Source: Craspedostauros australis
Taxonomy: Eukaryota
Direction of reading: 5' to 3'
NCBI GenBank assembly: GCA_030167865.1
Contig: JALAGF010000415.1
Coordinates: 1 to 64,000, forward strand
Length of the DNA stretch: 64,000 nucleotides
Made by a program: the position numbers and the translations under genes. This document shows, in pieces, positions 22,886 to 33,259 of this stretch. Under the pieces are notes generated by a model. That model was not told the origin of the DNA. It did not search any database and saw only the letters and a list, made by a program, of their open reading frames with translations. Numbering within the stretch: the first letter of the stretch is position 1; each line of letters starts with the position of its first letter.

Positions 22886-23338
22886 TCACTGTTGCTGTTG
22901 TCGCTGTTGCTGTCTGGCAAGTTCAACAGCGGGTGGCGCGTCAATTGATGGCTGGTTGGAGGAATGCAGACTCTCGCTGCTTGTGCACGCGGCGTCATCC
23001 GAGGCGATGTCGATTGCCTCTTGGAGGATGGACATGAGGTCCACCACTTGCTCGTGCTCCGAACGGACTTCACGGCGGCCCATCTCGCTCGATGTGCTGG
23101 AGCTGTTGAGGTAGGATGGACATACGTGGTCTACCAATGATGATCCGCGCGAAGCTGACAAGGCCAGGATCGCGGGATTCATACCTGATAGCGTCGTGGT
23201 ACGGCGTTGCGTCGTCATCGCCAGCCTCAGGCCAAGATCTACTGAGCGGCGACGCTCTTGCCGTTGCATCCACGAAAGCTGTCGAGGACCGCTTGCTCGT
23301 GTCACCAGTTGCGGTTTGGAGTGATTGTTGGCTGTCAT
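22886..23338 (-). CDS. Small hypothetical protein, 150 aa
   Basis: ATG-initiated ORF with Ser/Gln-rich composition and a helical segment (VVDLMSILQEAIDIAS). No family recognised. Confidence 0.35.
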   Translation of the reverse strand: MTANNHSKPQLVTRASGPRQLSWMQRQERRRSVDLGLRLAMTTQRRTTTLSGMNPAILALSASRGSSLVDHVCPSYLNSSSTSSEMGRREVRSEHEQVVDLMSILQEAIDIASDDAACTSSESLHSSNQPSIDAPPAVELARQQQRQQQQ

Positions 23339-26323
23339 TGCTTCGTTGAGTTATTTCTTGCTGTTCCTGTTGTTACGATTGCTGTCGTGACGGTTGCTGT
23401 TGTTACGATTGCTGTTTCCGTTTCTGTTGTTGCTCCTTGCAGTTTTATGGTGTGATGCCTAATGGTCCTGAAGGAAGCGAGTTGAAGTGTGGTGATCCAC
23501 AAGAACACAAGAACGAAGGAAGTGGTTGGATACGATCGATAGTACGGTGTACGCCACACATGTAGGCCCACCTCTTTTGTTAATGCTGCTGTTGTCCAAC
23601 TACCGCAGAGGATGGTGTGGTATGGTACCCTGATGTCGATGTTCCTTCGTGTGGCGTGTCAAGGTTTGTGTTGCACAGCGCCAGATGTGCGAGTTCTGTA
23701 CCTTGTCAGTTGGGTAGGAAGCGCGAGGGGTGACTCTCCTCGGGGTTCGGAAGCGCCAGAGGCCAGAGGGGAACAAGGTAGTGAATTTGTGAGAGGAGCG
23801 AGGAATCTTGTGGCGATCGGAAACGCTTTGTGCGAAGCAGAAACACGCAGCGTCGCAATCGACAACAAAGACGATTGTACGTGCGCAACCATCCATAGAT
23901 GTTGTTGTCATTGCTGGCTTCGACAAAGTGTCAAGACTCCTCTCTTGGGACGGAAACAGGAGAGCTTCCTTGGGTTCTTGGCCGTTGCGTCTCGCCACAC
24001 AGGTACAATCGAAGGCGGGCAGTGACAGACGGTTGGGTGGGATATGCACATGGAAAAGTCAGAAACCGCAACACATGGCAACAGCAAAGCCCCTCAGAGC
24101 GAAATCGCCTACTATACCTTTGGGGTCTCGTTTGCGGCTGGGGCAGTGGTTCAGCCCGGCCATTCGGGAGTGGATGGGAGCAAGCATCTCCAACATGGCC
24201 CGCAAGGAGAGTGAACCCACGCAACTTGGAGCAGGGAACGTACCAAACCGGCACTGTGAGGAACATGGGATGGCACGATGCCAGCAGAGCGAAGGAAGAC
24301 GGAATAGGGTGCTCTGGTGCCACCTCGCACGAACTAATTGATTGATGCATTGGACCAGCGTTCTTCGCACAGAGAAGAGTTTGCGTGTGCCGGCACCACC
24401 AGTCGCTATTTTGTGGAAGCAACAGAACTTGATCTTCTGTGATGCAGAAGACTTGCGTGTTTGTTCGAAATGCTCATCACAAGTGACCATGTCAGTTTGC
24501 GACCAAAACATTATGTATCAGTCTTGAGGTGACACGCCTCGAAAGCGTAACTGCTGGAAGCGTCAGAAAATAAGTCGTTTGTGCGCACGTCAACGAACCA
24601 CAGCACGCAATTCTTACCCCTCAACGCCAACAGTGACGTGTCCTACATCGCACGTCCGCATACTCGTGATTGACATTTGCGACGAACGCCGAACCCATTC
24701 AGAAGCTGCGCGAACCAATCGCGGGCGAGGACGTCATCGCGCGTGGCGCCATGGAAGATGGAGGCGAGGTTGTCACAAGAGTGAAGGCAACAAACACGCA
24801 CGAGTACTCTGCCACCAACAGAGGGACAATCCGAACCGTCGCATTCACAGACTCTCTGTACCTTGGTGTTTGCATCGCGTGAGTAGCATCAGGTTTGGCG
24901 CTGCTGGTACATCGGCTGCATGGCGCAATTCTGTTAGTAGTCTGCGTGCCAAAGTTGGCCGTCGAAAGACGACTCTTTTCTGTGGCCTGCACAACCACAG
25001 CACCATACCAATACGGGAGGCTCCTCTCTCCACTTGCGTAGGCATTGCTGTATGACCCCGTTCAGATGGTTCGTTGCTGGACCGAGCTCATTGCGTTTGG
25101 ACATGCTTCGGTGTGTGTTGAATAGTACGCGGCCCTCATCAATACTCTACCAGACCTTCGTCCTTTCCACGGAGGAACTTATTCTTTCATCGCTTTTGCG
25201 AAATCATCAGTCCACAGGAGTGCTGACAACATCCAAAAGACAGCAGGCGTGATCGGTAAGGTTGGGAGGTGCTACCGAGTATAGAGCATGGTATGCGCGC
25301 ATGTATGGTACCATACCTACCATACGTACTCGTGGATCAGCAGCGTCGATTACGTACCATACGCTCGCAGCGACATGCGATACTTACGTCCACCCTCCCG
25401 ATCAAGAAGGCCAGGTAGCAAAGTTGGTGACACAAACTTTGGCCAAAAGAACTATCCCTCAAACCGCGTCTCGTCCGTGATCAAAGTGCCCCATTGCTTC
25501 GCTTTTCTTTGGGCGCCACATGGAGCACGCCTGGTGAAAGTTGTTCCGAGAGGCAGTGATCTCTGGCGACCATTGCCCGTGGCAATACCGAGTGAACCAC
25601 CCTTCTCTTTCCACATTGCCCACTCCGCATCCTGTTGGGCATGGGTGCGAGCCAACACGATACTCACGTCAAACCATACCACACCCACCACCTCCCGCAA
25701 GTTGGGCAACGGTCTCTTCGCACAGAATATAGATTTCTGCGTCGACGGCCCTTTTGTGCCCAAATCACACATCACTCACCTCCGGAGGAACAAGTTCGGA
25801 TTGGTGTCTCCCCCCCAGTCCATCCCTCCCAATGTCGAACTTTGGTGTCGACCCTTGTCTTCGTCATCACCATCGTCACCTTCGCTTGTTGCGATGACAG
25901 GCGCTCAAGCGCAAGGTGTCATCGCATTGGTGGACGCAGTCGTGAGTCCCACCCACTTCGGCCGCGGGACCCATTTTAGTCGCTTTAGTCGTACATGGAC
26001 CGTCTCCAAAGTATCAAAGGTGTCGAGGACGATCGCCAAAAGGCACACAAATAGCGAGCGCGCGAAGACGAGTTCACGGCACGGCTGAATCTGGTGTCAC
26101 ATTTTCACGATGGCGACATGCGCAACTCGGTAAACACAACCGCTGCTGTCCACGATGTTGGCAGTTTTGCGATCGTGGGCAGTCCTGCATCGCATTCCAT
26201 CACAATCGCCGAAGGTGTTCATGTTGAGGCAGAGGGGGGAAAGAGAGAAAGGGAGATCGTATTCATCACAGGAGCCTTGAGGAGGATACCCATCGCATGC
26301 TGCACGGCATCAAGTGGACAAGG

Positions 26324-26400
26324 CAACAACAAGAACAAGAACAAGAACAACAACAACAACAACAACAGCAATAACAGGAACAATAACAGGAACAACAACG
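26324..26400. repeat. (AAC)n-type microsatellite upstream of the SAP-domain gene
   Basis: Imperfect AAC/AAG/AAT triplet run read directly. Confidence 0.85.
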
Positions 26401-26466
26401 ACGATTTGCAAGATCCATCAGGAGTTCATTGCAATTGCTCGACACACAAACGAATCAGCCGCAACA

Positions 26467-28635
26467 ATGTTCCGAAGTCCTTCTGCTCCCGACGCAGATG
26501 ATAATCGAGACAAAGCAGACAGCACAGCGACGGACGAGCATCAGCCCACATCAGTGGCGTCGACGATGTCACTGTTGGGATTCGCGAGAGCCACAGGAGC
26601 AGCGCGCAACGGCAGCAACATCGACGACGACGACAACAACAGACCAACTACGCCGATTGGTGCCATGGCCAGCGCGGACATGACACCTCAGAAGAGTGAT
26701 GAGATCATGATTGTTGAAGGGAGCTTGTCGTATGACAACGTGATCCATTCGCCCAACGTTGCTACTGGGCAAAGTTGTGCGGGTGGCAGCAACGAGACGA
26801 TGTCCGACCCCTCGGCGGTCCTGGCGAATCTTGCTGATTCTGATCTCGCGGATATCGGCGATCTGATTGTGGCAGGGGAGATGGAGAGCTTGGATGCTAT
26901 GGGGAGGAACAGCGAGCTGACCATGGATGATCATGGCGGTCATGGCGCTGGCGCACGCAACCTCTTGGAGAGCCGGCACGATGTCACCGTTCTCATGGAG
27001 GTGAGCCAGCGGATTGAGTTGCAAGACATGCACAATGCACGTCAGAATCACCGGCCTCCCATTGATGATGTTCATTCCACCCACCCTAGCATCGACGGTC
27101 ACAGCGACGGGGATGGAAATGGAGATGAGAATGAGAATCACAGTGAGAAGCACGACGCCGCCAAGCCTGACAGTATCGTCTCACATGCTCATGATGAGAA
27201 TCTTGCTACGCCGCCTTCAGGAACAGCCGCCGGCTCATGGAAAACCACAATTCTTTGCCTGGTGTTGTTGGTAGTGGCGGTAGGCATATGCACGTGCGCA
27301 CACAGATTCATGAATGCAAACACCGTGTCACCAGCAGCACCGCAGTGGGCAGATATGGTGGATTCGATACCAACAACCACCACCAGAACAGTACCAACAA
27401 CGGCGTCAATGTTCACGGAATTAACAAATGAAGAACAAGCGGACGAAGAAACAACGGCAACAGCAGCAGCAGCAGCAGGAATCGCAGCTGCACCATCTGG
27501 AACCGTGAAAGAAGCGATGGCCGACGAACCAACCTTGCCAGCATTATCTTCGTTGGAAGAAACAGAGCAAGCAGCGCCATCCCCGGATCTTCTGCCCGCG
27601 GAACCTGTGCCGAGCACGACACCACCAGAGCTACCAGAGCTACCATCCGTGGAACCAGAATCAGCAGCAGCAGCAGCACCACCACCACCACCACCACCGC
27701 CACCACAGACGATGACTGGAACACCATCGTCACCACCATACCCGACTGGGTCGGCCACGGCAGCATCTGCGCCGGCACTAGCCCCAGTACCAGTACTAGT
27801 ACCAGAAACAGTGATGATAATGGATTCTACCCCACCAACACAGCTCCTCCCTAATCGCAGTCCCTCCATCTTGCAAGATATGCCGCCACCGGTCGGGCAC
27901 TTCGCGGAATCATCAGATGCAGGAGCAGTAGCACCAGCAGAAGACAATAATGGTTTCGTCACGTTCGCACAAAACACAACAGCATTCACAACGGCAGAAT
28001 CAATGCACAAGGACAACAAAGAGAAGACCGACAACTCCATCTTTACGCTGGAGCGTTCGACTGAGCAACGGATCTACGCCAAGGTCAGGGATGTCGTTGC
28101 GATTGACGTGTCTGAAAAGTCGAAACAGACCATAACGATCTCTCATGTTCAGAAGTTCATCGACAAGATGAAGCAGGCGTGCTTGGTGGTCGCGATGTTC
28201 CTGGTGCTCTCCACCCTCCTGTTCCGCACGTTGATCGGGTCGAAGACGGTGGCGCAAACCAGCAACCAGCAGCCCGTCCCTGTCAGCAGCCCAACTCAAT
28301 CCTCCGGAGACGAGACGGACGAGCGTCGTAAGGCCACCGACCCTCACAGCGTGATCGACTTGACGGACGATGGACACGCCGATTGGGATTTGAAGGCGTA
28401 CAACAGCCTCACGGTCACCGATCTTCGGGGTTTCCTGCGCTGCAGAGACTGTCCGACCGCTGGGCGCAAAGCAATTCTCGTCCATCGACTTGTGCAAGCG
28501 TACGTAACCGAGCTTGAAGCTCTGCGTGTCAAGGATCTTCGACCCCTCCTGAAGAAGAAGGGTTGCAAGCAGACTGGCAAGAAGGATGAGCTCATCCAAA
28601 GATTGGTGGAACTCGGCCCGAAGTCGTCGTTGTGA
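26467..28635 (+). CDS. Two-TM membrane protein with C-terminal tandem SAP domains
   Basis: TM1 ILCLVLLVVAVGICTCA, Pro/Thr/Ala-rich middle, TM2 ACLVVAMFLVLSTLLF; SAP1 LTVTDLRGFLRCRDCPTAGRKAILVHRL and SAP2 LRVKDLRPLLKKKGCKQTGKKDELIQRL. First ATG at 26467. Confidence 0.8.
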   Translation: MFRSPSAPDADDNRDKADSTATDEHQPTSVASTMSLLGFARATGAARNGSNIDDDDNNRPTTPIGAMASADMTPQKSDEIMIVEGSLSYDNVIHSPNVATGQSCAGGSNETMSDPSAVLANLADSDLADIGDLIVAGEMESLDAMGRNSELTMDDHGGHGAGARNLLESRHDVTVLMEVSQRIELQDMHNARQNHRPPIDDVHSTHPSIDGHSDGDGNGDENENHSEKHDAAKPDSIVSHAHDENLATPPSGTAAGSWKTTILCLVLLVVAVGICTCAHRFMNANTVSPAAPQWADMVDSIPTTTTRTVPTTASMFTELTNEEQADEETTATAAAAAGIAAAPSGTVKEAMADEPTLPALSSLEETEQAAPSPDLLPAEPVPSTTPPELPELPSVEPESAAAAAPPPPPPPPPQTMTGTPSSPPYPTGSATAASAPALAPVPVLVPETVMIMDSTPPTQLLPNRSPSILQDMPPPVGHFAESSDAGAVAPAEDNNGFVTFAQNTTAFTTAESMHKDNKEKTDNSIFTLERSTEQRIYAKVRDVVAIDVSEKSKQTITISHVQKFIDKMKQACLVVAMFLVLSTLLFRTLIGSKTVAQTSNQQPVPVSSPTQSSGDETDERRKATDPHSVIDLTDDGHADWDLKAYNSLTVTDLRGFLRCRDCPTAGRKAILVHRLVQAYVTELEALRVKDLRPLLKKKGCKQTGKKDELIQRLVELGPKSSL

Positions 28636-28650
28636 GGAAAGGCCGCACCA

Positions 28651-28689
28651 CACTGCACTGCACTGCACCCCACTGCACTGCACTGCACT
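28651..28689. repeat. (CACTG)n pentanucleotide repeat just 3' of the SAP gene
   Basis: CACTG units with one interruption, read directly. Confidence 0.9.
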
Positions 28690-29223
28690 CAAGAGAGTAC
28701 TCACACATCCATGCCGTTCCGAATGGGGAACTGATGAGAACAGCGCATTGTCCGAACACAATGGATGCGATGCGCCAAGCCCCTATCGATGTACCATACT
28801 CCATAATATAGTTTTTTGGCGGAGAGCATGCGAGAACAACAACAGATCGAAGTCGATCTGTCAATTACACGGGACGAAAGGCGAATACGTTGCTGGCGAG
28901 AGTGTTTGGTATGGGCGCAATCATGCTCTCCAGAGTATTGTTAAAACAGGATAACCACAATAACCAATGATTGAATGCACAAACGAATGAATGGACATTT
29001 TGACGCAACTATCCAACAATACAGCTTTCGCCATACGGTGTGTGCACAACTAAACAACAAAAAGTCGATACTTGTTCAAGTAATCAGGAGAGTGGAGTTG
29101 TGAACTTTTTGACGAGAACGTACTGCTCCAGAGGAATTATGAGTGGACTCATTCATTCATTCATTCATTGATCCATTGATCCATTCATCGATCCATCTCT
29201 AGCTCTAGCTCGTCTGCAAAGCT

Positions 29224-31590
29224 TCACTGAGACCCAGCGGCGGCAATCCGAGAATCCTTGCGACCATCCCGTTTGCGATTGCGCTTCGTGACGTGATGGT
29301 ACAGGTACACCAAGCTCTGCGGCGTGACGCCGCTGATCTGAGATGCATCCGCGAAGGTCGTCGGCCTCACATCGCGCAGCTTCTCGAGCTCTTCGGAGCT
29401 GAAGGTGGGGAAGTTGCTGTGCTCGTACTCGACGTCGGGAGGGATACGCATGCCCTGGGCCTTCCGCCAGCTCTCCATGTCCCTGTGCTGTCGCTCCGCG
29501 TAGGATTGGTACTTGACCGCCGCCTCCACCGTGTCGAACACCGATTGCGGCGATGGTGTGAGCGGTGGAGCGCCGTCCATCTCGCTGGATCCTTCCTTCT
29601 CTGCTTCGGCACGTCGCTCCTGATCGACGGCGATCATGATGTCCTCGACATCCTTGAGGGTGACTTTGGGCATGTTGAGCACCTCCTCCGCGGTCTTCTT
29701 GATGCCGCTCTTCTTGCCCATGTTGGCGCCACCCATAAGATCTGTCCCACCGCGCGCGGCCCATTCCACGACCTTCATGTCGAAGGTCTTCAGTTTGGCG
29801 ACGCGATCGTCGATGAGGAATTCGCGTGCATCGAGGGCGGCGAGACGTTCCTCATCCCGCACGAGACCGTACTCCTTGCCCTTGCGTGTGAGGCGCAGAT
29901 CGGCATTGTCGGCGCGCAGACTGATGCGGTATTCTGCGCGTGACGTGAACATACGGTAAGGCTCCGACGTGCCGCGCGTGACGAGATCGTCCACAAGAAC
30001 CCCGATGTAGCCTTCGTCACGGCCGATGCAGAATGGCTCGGGCTTCTTTTCTCCGCTCGCATCTGCGATGGCGCAGCGACCGGCGTTGGCGCCCGCCACG
30101 ATGCCTTGCGCCGCGGCTTCTTCGTAGCCGGTCGTTCCACAAATCTGACCGGCAAGGTAGAGACCTTCGATGCTCTTCGTTTCGAGGGTGTGCGTGAGCG
30201 ATGTGGGGTTGACGAAATCGTACTCCACGTCGTATCCCGGTCTCACGATCTCCACCTCTTCCAATCCCAGCATGCTGCGGAGGATCTTGAGCTGGACGTC
30301 CTCCGGATACGGCCCGCTCATGCCGTTGGGGTAGACGATGTCCGTGTTGAGACCTTCCGGTTCGAGGAAGCAGTTGTGACCCGTGCGTTCCGGGAATCTC
30401 TGCACCTTCTTGAAGATGGAGGGACAGTACCGCGGACCGTTGCCGGCCCCGTCCATGCCGTCGTAGATTGGCAAGAGGTGCTCATTGTCCATGACCAGCT
30501 TGTGCGTGGCTTCGTTGGTCGCGGTCTGGTGGCACGTGATGAGGGTGTTCTTGGCCACGAGCGGCGGTTGTTCACCGTTGAACTGAAGGAGGTGCGAAAA
30601 CGGCGTGGCTGGGTTCTCGGATGGCTGCGGCTTGAGGATATCCCAGTTGATCGTCGTGCCGTCGATGCGAGCTGGCGTTCCCGTCTTGAGGCGAGCCAGA
30701 GGAAACTGATACTTGGCAAGCGTCTGCGCGAGGCCGACCGACGGTGGTTCCACCTCCTCGCTGTCGCGCAGATGACGACCGCCGCTATACCTCTCATGAC
30801 CCAGCATGAGGACGCCGCGCAGGAACGTGCCTGTCGTGATGACCACGGTCCGCGCGGTGATCTCGTGCGTCGTCCCGTCGGCCTTCTCGACGGCGACACC
30901 GCGGATGTTGGCAACGGGCTTGGTGGTTTGCGATGCATCGATGATGAGATCCGACGACGACAGCTGATCGAGCAAGAGATCCTGCGCGCTGGCCTCCACG
31001 AGGGAGAGGTTGTCGTAGTTGCGCAGCGTCTTCTGCATGGCCTCCTTGTACAAGTCGCGGTCCATCTGCGCACGCGGTCCACGCACGGCGGGGCCCTTGC
31101 GTTGGTTGAGGATCCGGAAATGGATGCCGGCCTCATCCGCCACCTTGCCCATCAATCCATCCAGGGCGTCGATCTCGCGCACGAGATGTCCCTTGCCAAT
31201 GCCTCCGATGCTGGGGTTGCAGCTGAGCTCTCCGATGGTGTCCAACCGCTGCGTGACGAGGGCCGTGCGTGCTCCCGTTCGTGCGGCCGCCGCCGCTGCG
31301 TCGCACCCCGCGTGTCCGCCGCCGATGACGATGACGTCGTAATCCGCGCTGTCCTGACTGGAAGATCCGCCGACGAATCTCGCCGTCTGCGATCGTCGTG
31401 GCAGCGGCGTTCTGAGCGATGCGGCGTGGTGCGCAAATGCCGAGACGCCGCGCGGTCGCAGCATCGAGACCGCAGTTGTGGCCGTGGTCGTGGCCGTCGC
31501 TGCGACGAAGAACATGACGAGCGCTGCGGTGGCCATTGAACAGTTGCCGGTCACAGAAAAACTCGATCGTCGTCCTCGTGGACACTTCAT
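29224..31590 (-). CDS. mnmG: tRNA uridine-5-carboxymethylaminomethyl modification enzyme MnmG/GidA (MTO1), organelle-targeted
   Basis: YDVIVIGGGHAGC, SCNPSIGGIGKGHLVREIDALDG, GPAVRGPRAQMDR, RLKTGTPAR, GPRYCPS, LAGQICGTTGYEEAAAQG, EPYRMFTSRAEYR. Start at ATG 31590 or 31536. Confidence 0.96.
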   Translation of the reverse strand: MKCPRGRRSSFSVTGNCSMATAALVMFFVAATATTTATTAVSMLRPRGVSAFAHHAASLRTPLPRRSQTARFVGGSSSQDSADYDVIVIGGGHAGCDAAAAAARTGARTALVTQRLDTIGELSCNPSIGGIGKGHLVREIDALDGLMGKVADEAGIHFRILNQRKGPAVRGPRAQMDRDLYKEAMQKTLRNYDNLSLVEASAQDLLLDQLSSSDLIIDASQTTKPVANIRGVAVEKADGTTHEITARTVVITTGTFLRGVLMLGHERYSGGRHLRDSEEVEPPSVGLAQTLAKYQFPLARLKTGTPARIDGTTINWDILKPQPSENPATPFSHLLQFNGEQPPLVAKNTLITCHQTATNEATHKLVMDNEHLLPIYDGMDGAGNGPRYCPSIFKKVQRFPERTGHNCFLEPEGLNTDIVYPNGMSGPYPEDVQLKILRSMLGLEEVEIVRPGYDVEYDFVNPTSLTHTLETKSIEGLYLAGQICGTTGYEEAAAQGIVAGANAGRCAIADASGEKKPEPFCIGRDEGYIGVLVDDLVTRGTSEPYRMFTSRAEYRISLRADNADLRLTRKGKEYGLVRDEERLAALDAREFLIDDRVAKLKTFDMKVVEWAARGGTDLMGGANMGKKSGIKKTAEEVLNMPKVTLKDVEDIMIAVDQERRAEAEKEGSSEMDGAPPLTPSPQSVFDTVEAAVKYQSYAERQHRDMESWRKAQGMRIPPDVEYEHSNFPTFSSEELEKLRDVRPTTFADASQISGVTPQSLVYLYHHVTKRNRKRDGRKDSRIAAAGSQ

Positions 31591-33259
31591 CGAACGTTCG
31601 GAGAGCGGTATAGCAATGCTGTGGAGCAAGCGGCAGCACCCAAAACAAATCAGACCGAGGTGTGGATGGGGCTTCTGTGCGCGACGAGTCAGGCTTCAAC
31701 GAATGAGGTCGAAGGGGGGATGTGTCTTTGATTCACAGTGGGCGATGGCCCCAGGTGTGAACAGGAGGGCGGCCACAAACTCCTCCCAGCGATGAGGTGA
31801 TCGGGACATGTTGATGTGGCAGAACCCACAGAATTGCGACATCAACGTGTGTGTTTGCGTTTTCTTTCTTCTTTGCGTCATTTCGTGGTTGGTTTCCACC
31901 AGAACGGACAGACGGACATACCCCAGACAACTACACCAGTCGTGCATAGTTTGCAACGAATGAAAAAGGATTCTTCATCACAACACTGCGGAAAGGCGGG
32001 TGTCGCCAATGACATGGAGAGCCGAGCATCCAGCATGCTCCTGCCTCAACCCACTGCGCTGCTGGCGATGAACACCGATTATCCATCTAGAGTCCTTCCA
32101 GGCAGCGTCTTGTGCGTCTCCCCTCGCAAAGCGCGATGCAACAGAGACGCAGGATTCTCGAGCTCATTCATCATTGGGACGCATGGTGCGGAGCGCCAAT
32201 GTTTGGATGCTGGTACTGACGCGGTATCCGTGTATAGTATTGTACTAGTAGTAGTACAGCCAACCACCTCCAAGCAAGATGGCGTCATCCAGCCGCCTAA
32301 ATCGCTCATCTTTGTCCTTGATCACATGAGCTGTTGCCGATGGCTGTAGAACCTGAGGCGCGGCTCCATTGTCCCCGTTCACCCGCTTTCTCCGTCAACA
32401 TGGAGAGTGTGACAAGAACAGGAGAGGGTCTATGGCACAATACCCGGAGCGAATATTTGCAGAGTGCAGAGTGGCAGGTTGCGCTTTGTCTTGTGAAGGA
32501 TCGATGCCATCCAGAGCGGATGCGGTCTCACCTGCGCGCTTTGGTCGGAAGATGCGACGCCACCACAAGCCCAAATTCACTCTGAACCATGTCCTGCCCA
32601 AGGAGGGCATTGCTTTGTGTGTGCATTTCTGCCATGTGCATCGCTCCTTTTTGTGGGAATGAAAGGTCTTGCGGATGGGATTGGTCATTTGATGCGAAAG
32701 TGTGGCGACGAGGGTCCCAGCATCCTTCTTTGGTCGGGCAAAGAAGAGAGAAAGAGAAAGGACAGCAGGCATGTGCGCTTCAGGAAGTGGGCCATCGTCC
32801 TGTGCATTCGAATCTGTTTCCGTGCACAAGAGGACACATGGTCCCAGCCTGTGTCCATGCAAGATGAGTGTTCTGGTGCACGTGCACGATTGAATACAGT
32901 GGTACGCACACGGAAGAAAGAATTGGGCGAGAGATACGTGAAAATGGAAACCAAGTTTCCTTTGTTCTTGGTGTTATCCCCTTCTAATTCGCATTGCGTA
33001 TGAGCGCTTTATGGTATGGTATGTGTACTTGGCGTGCGATCGCCTAATGTCATGGTTTCTTTTGAGACGACCTTGCTTGCAGGGCCTATCTTGTTCCGGC
33101 CGGTGCCTTTGATGCATCCGATGTCCCTTGCGATGGCTTTGGTTTCGTGCACGACGAAACTGTCTCTCTCTCTCTTTCGCATAGTACCATGCAAGCCGTC
33201 TACTATAGTGCTCTGCTTCGTTGTTGTTGCCTCACGGCTCAACAATGCGGGTGCGTTCT

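Noticed and set aside
30106-31539. Long ORFs antisense to real genes (e.g. 477 aa opposite MnmG; also 42002-43060 and 62284-63630)
   Set aside because: Shadow ORFs caused by GC-rich codon usage of the gene on the other strand; no recognisable motifs.
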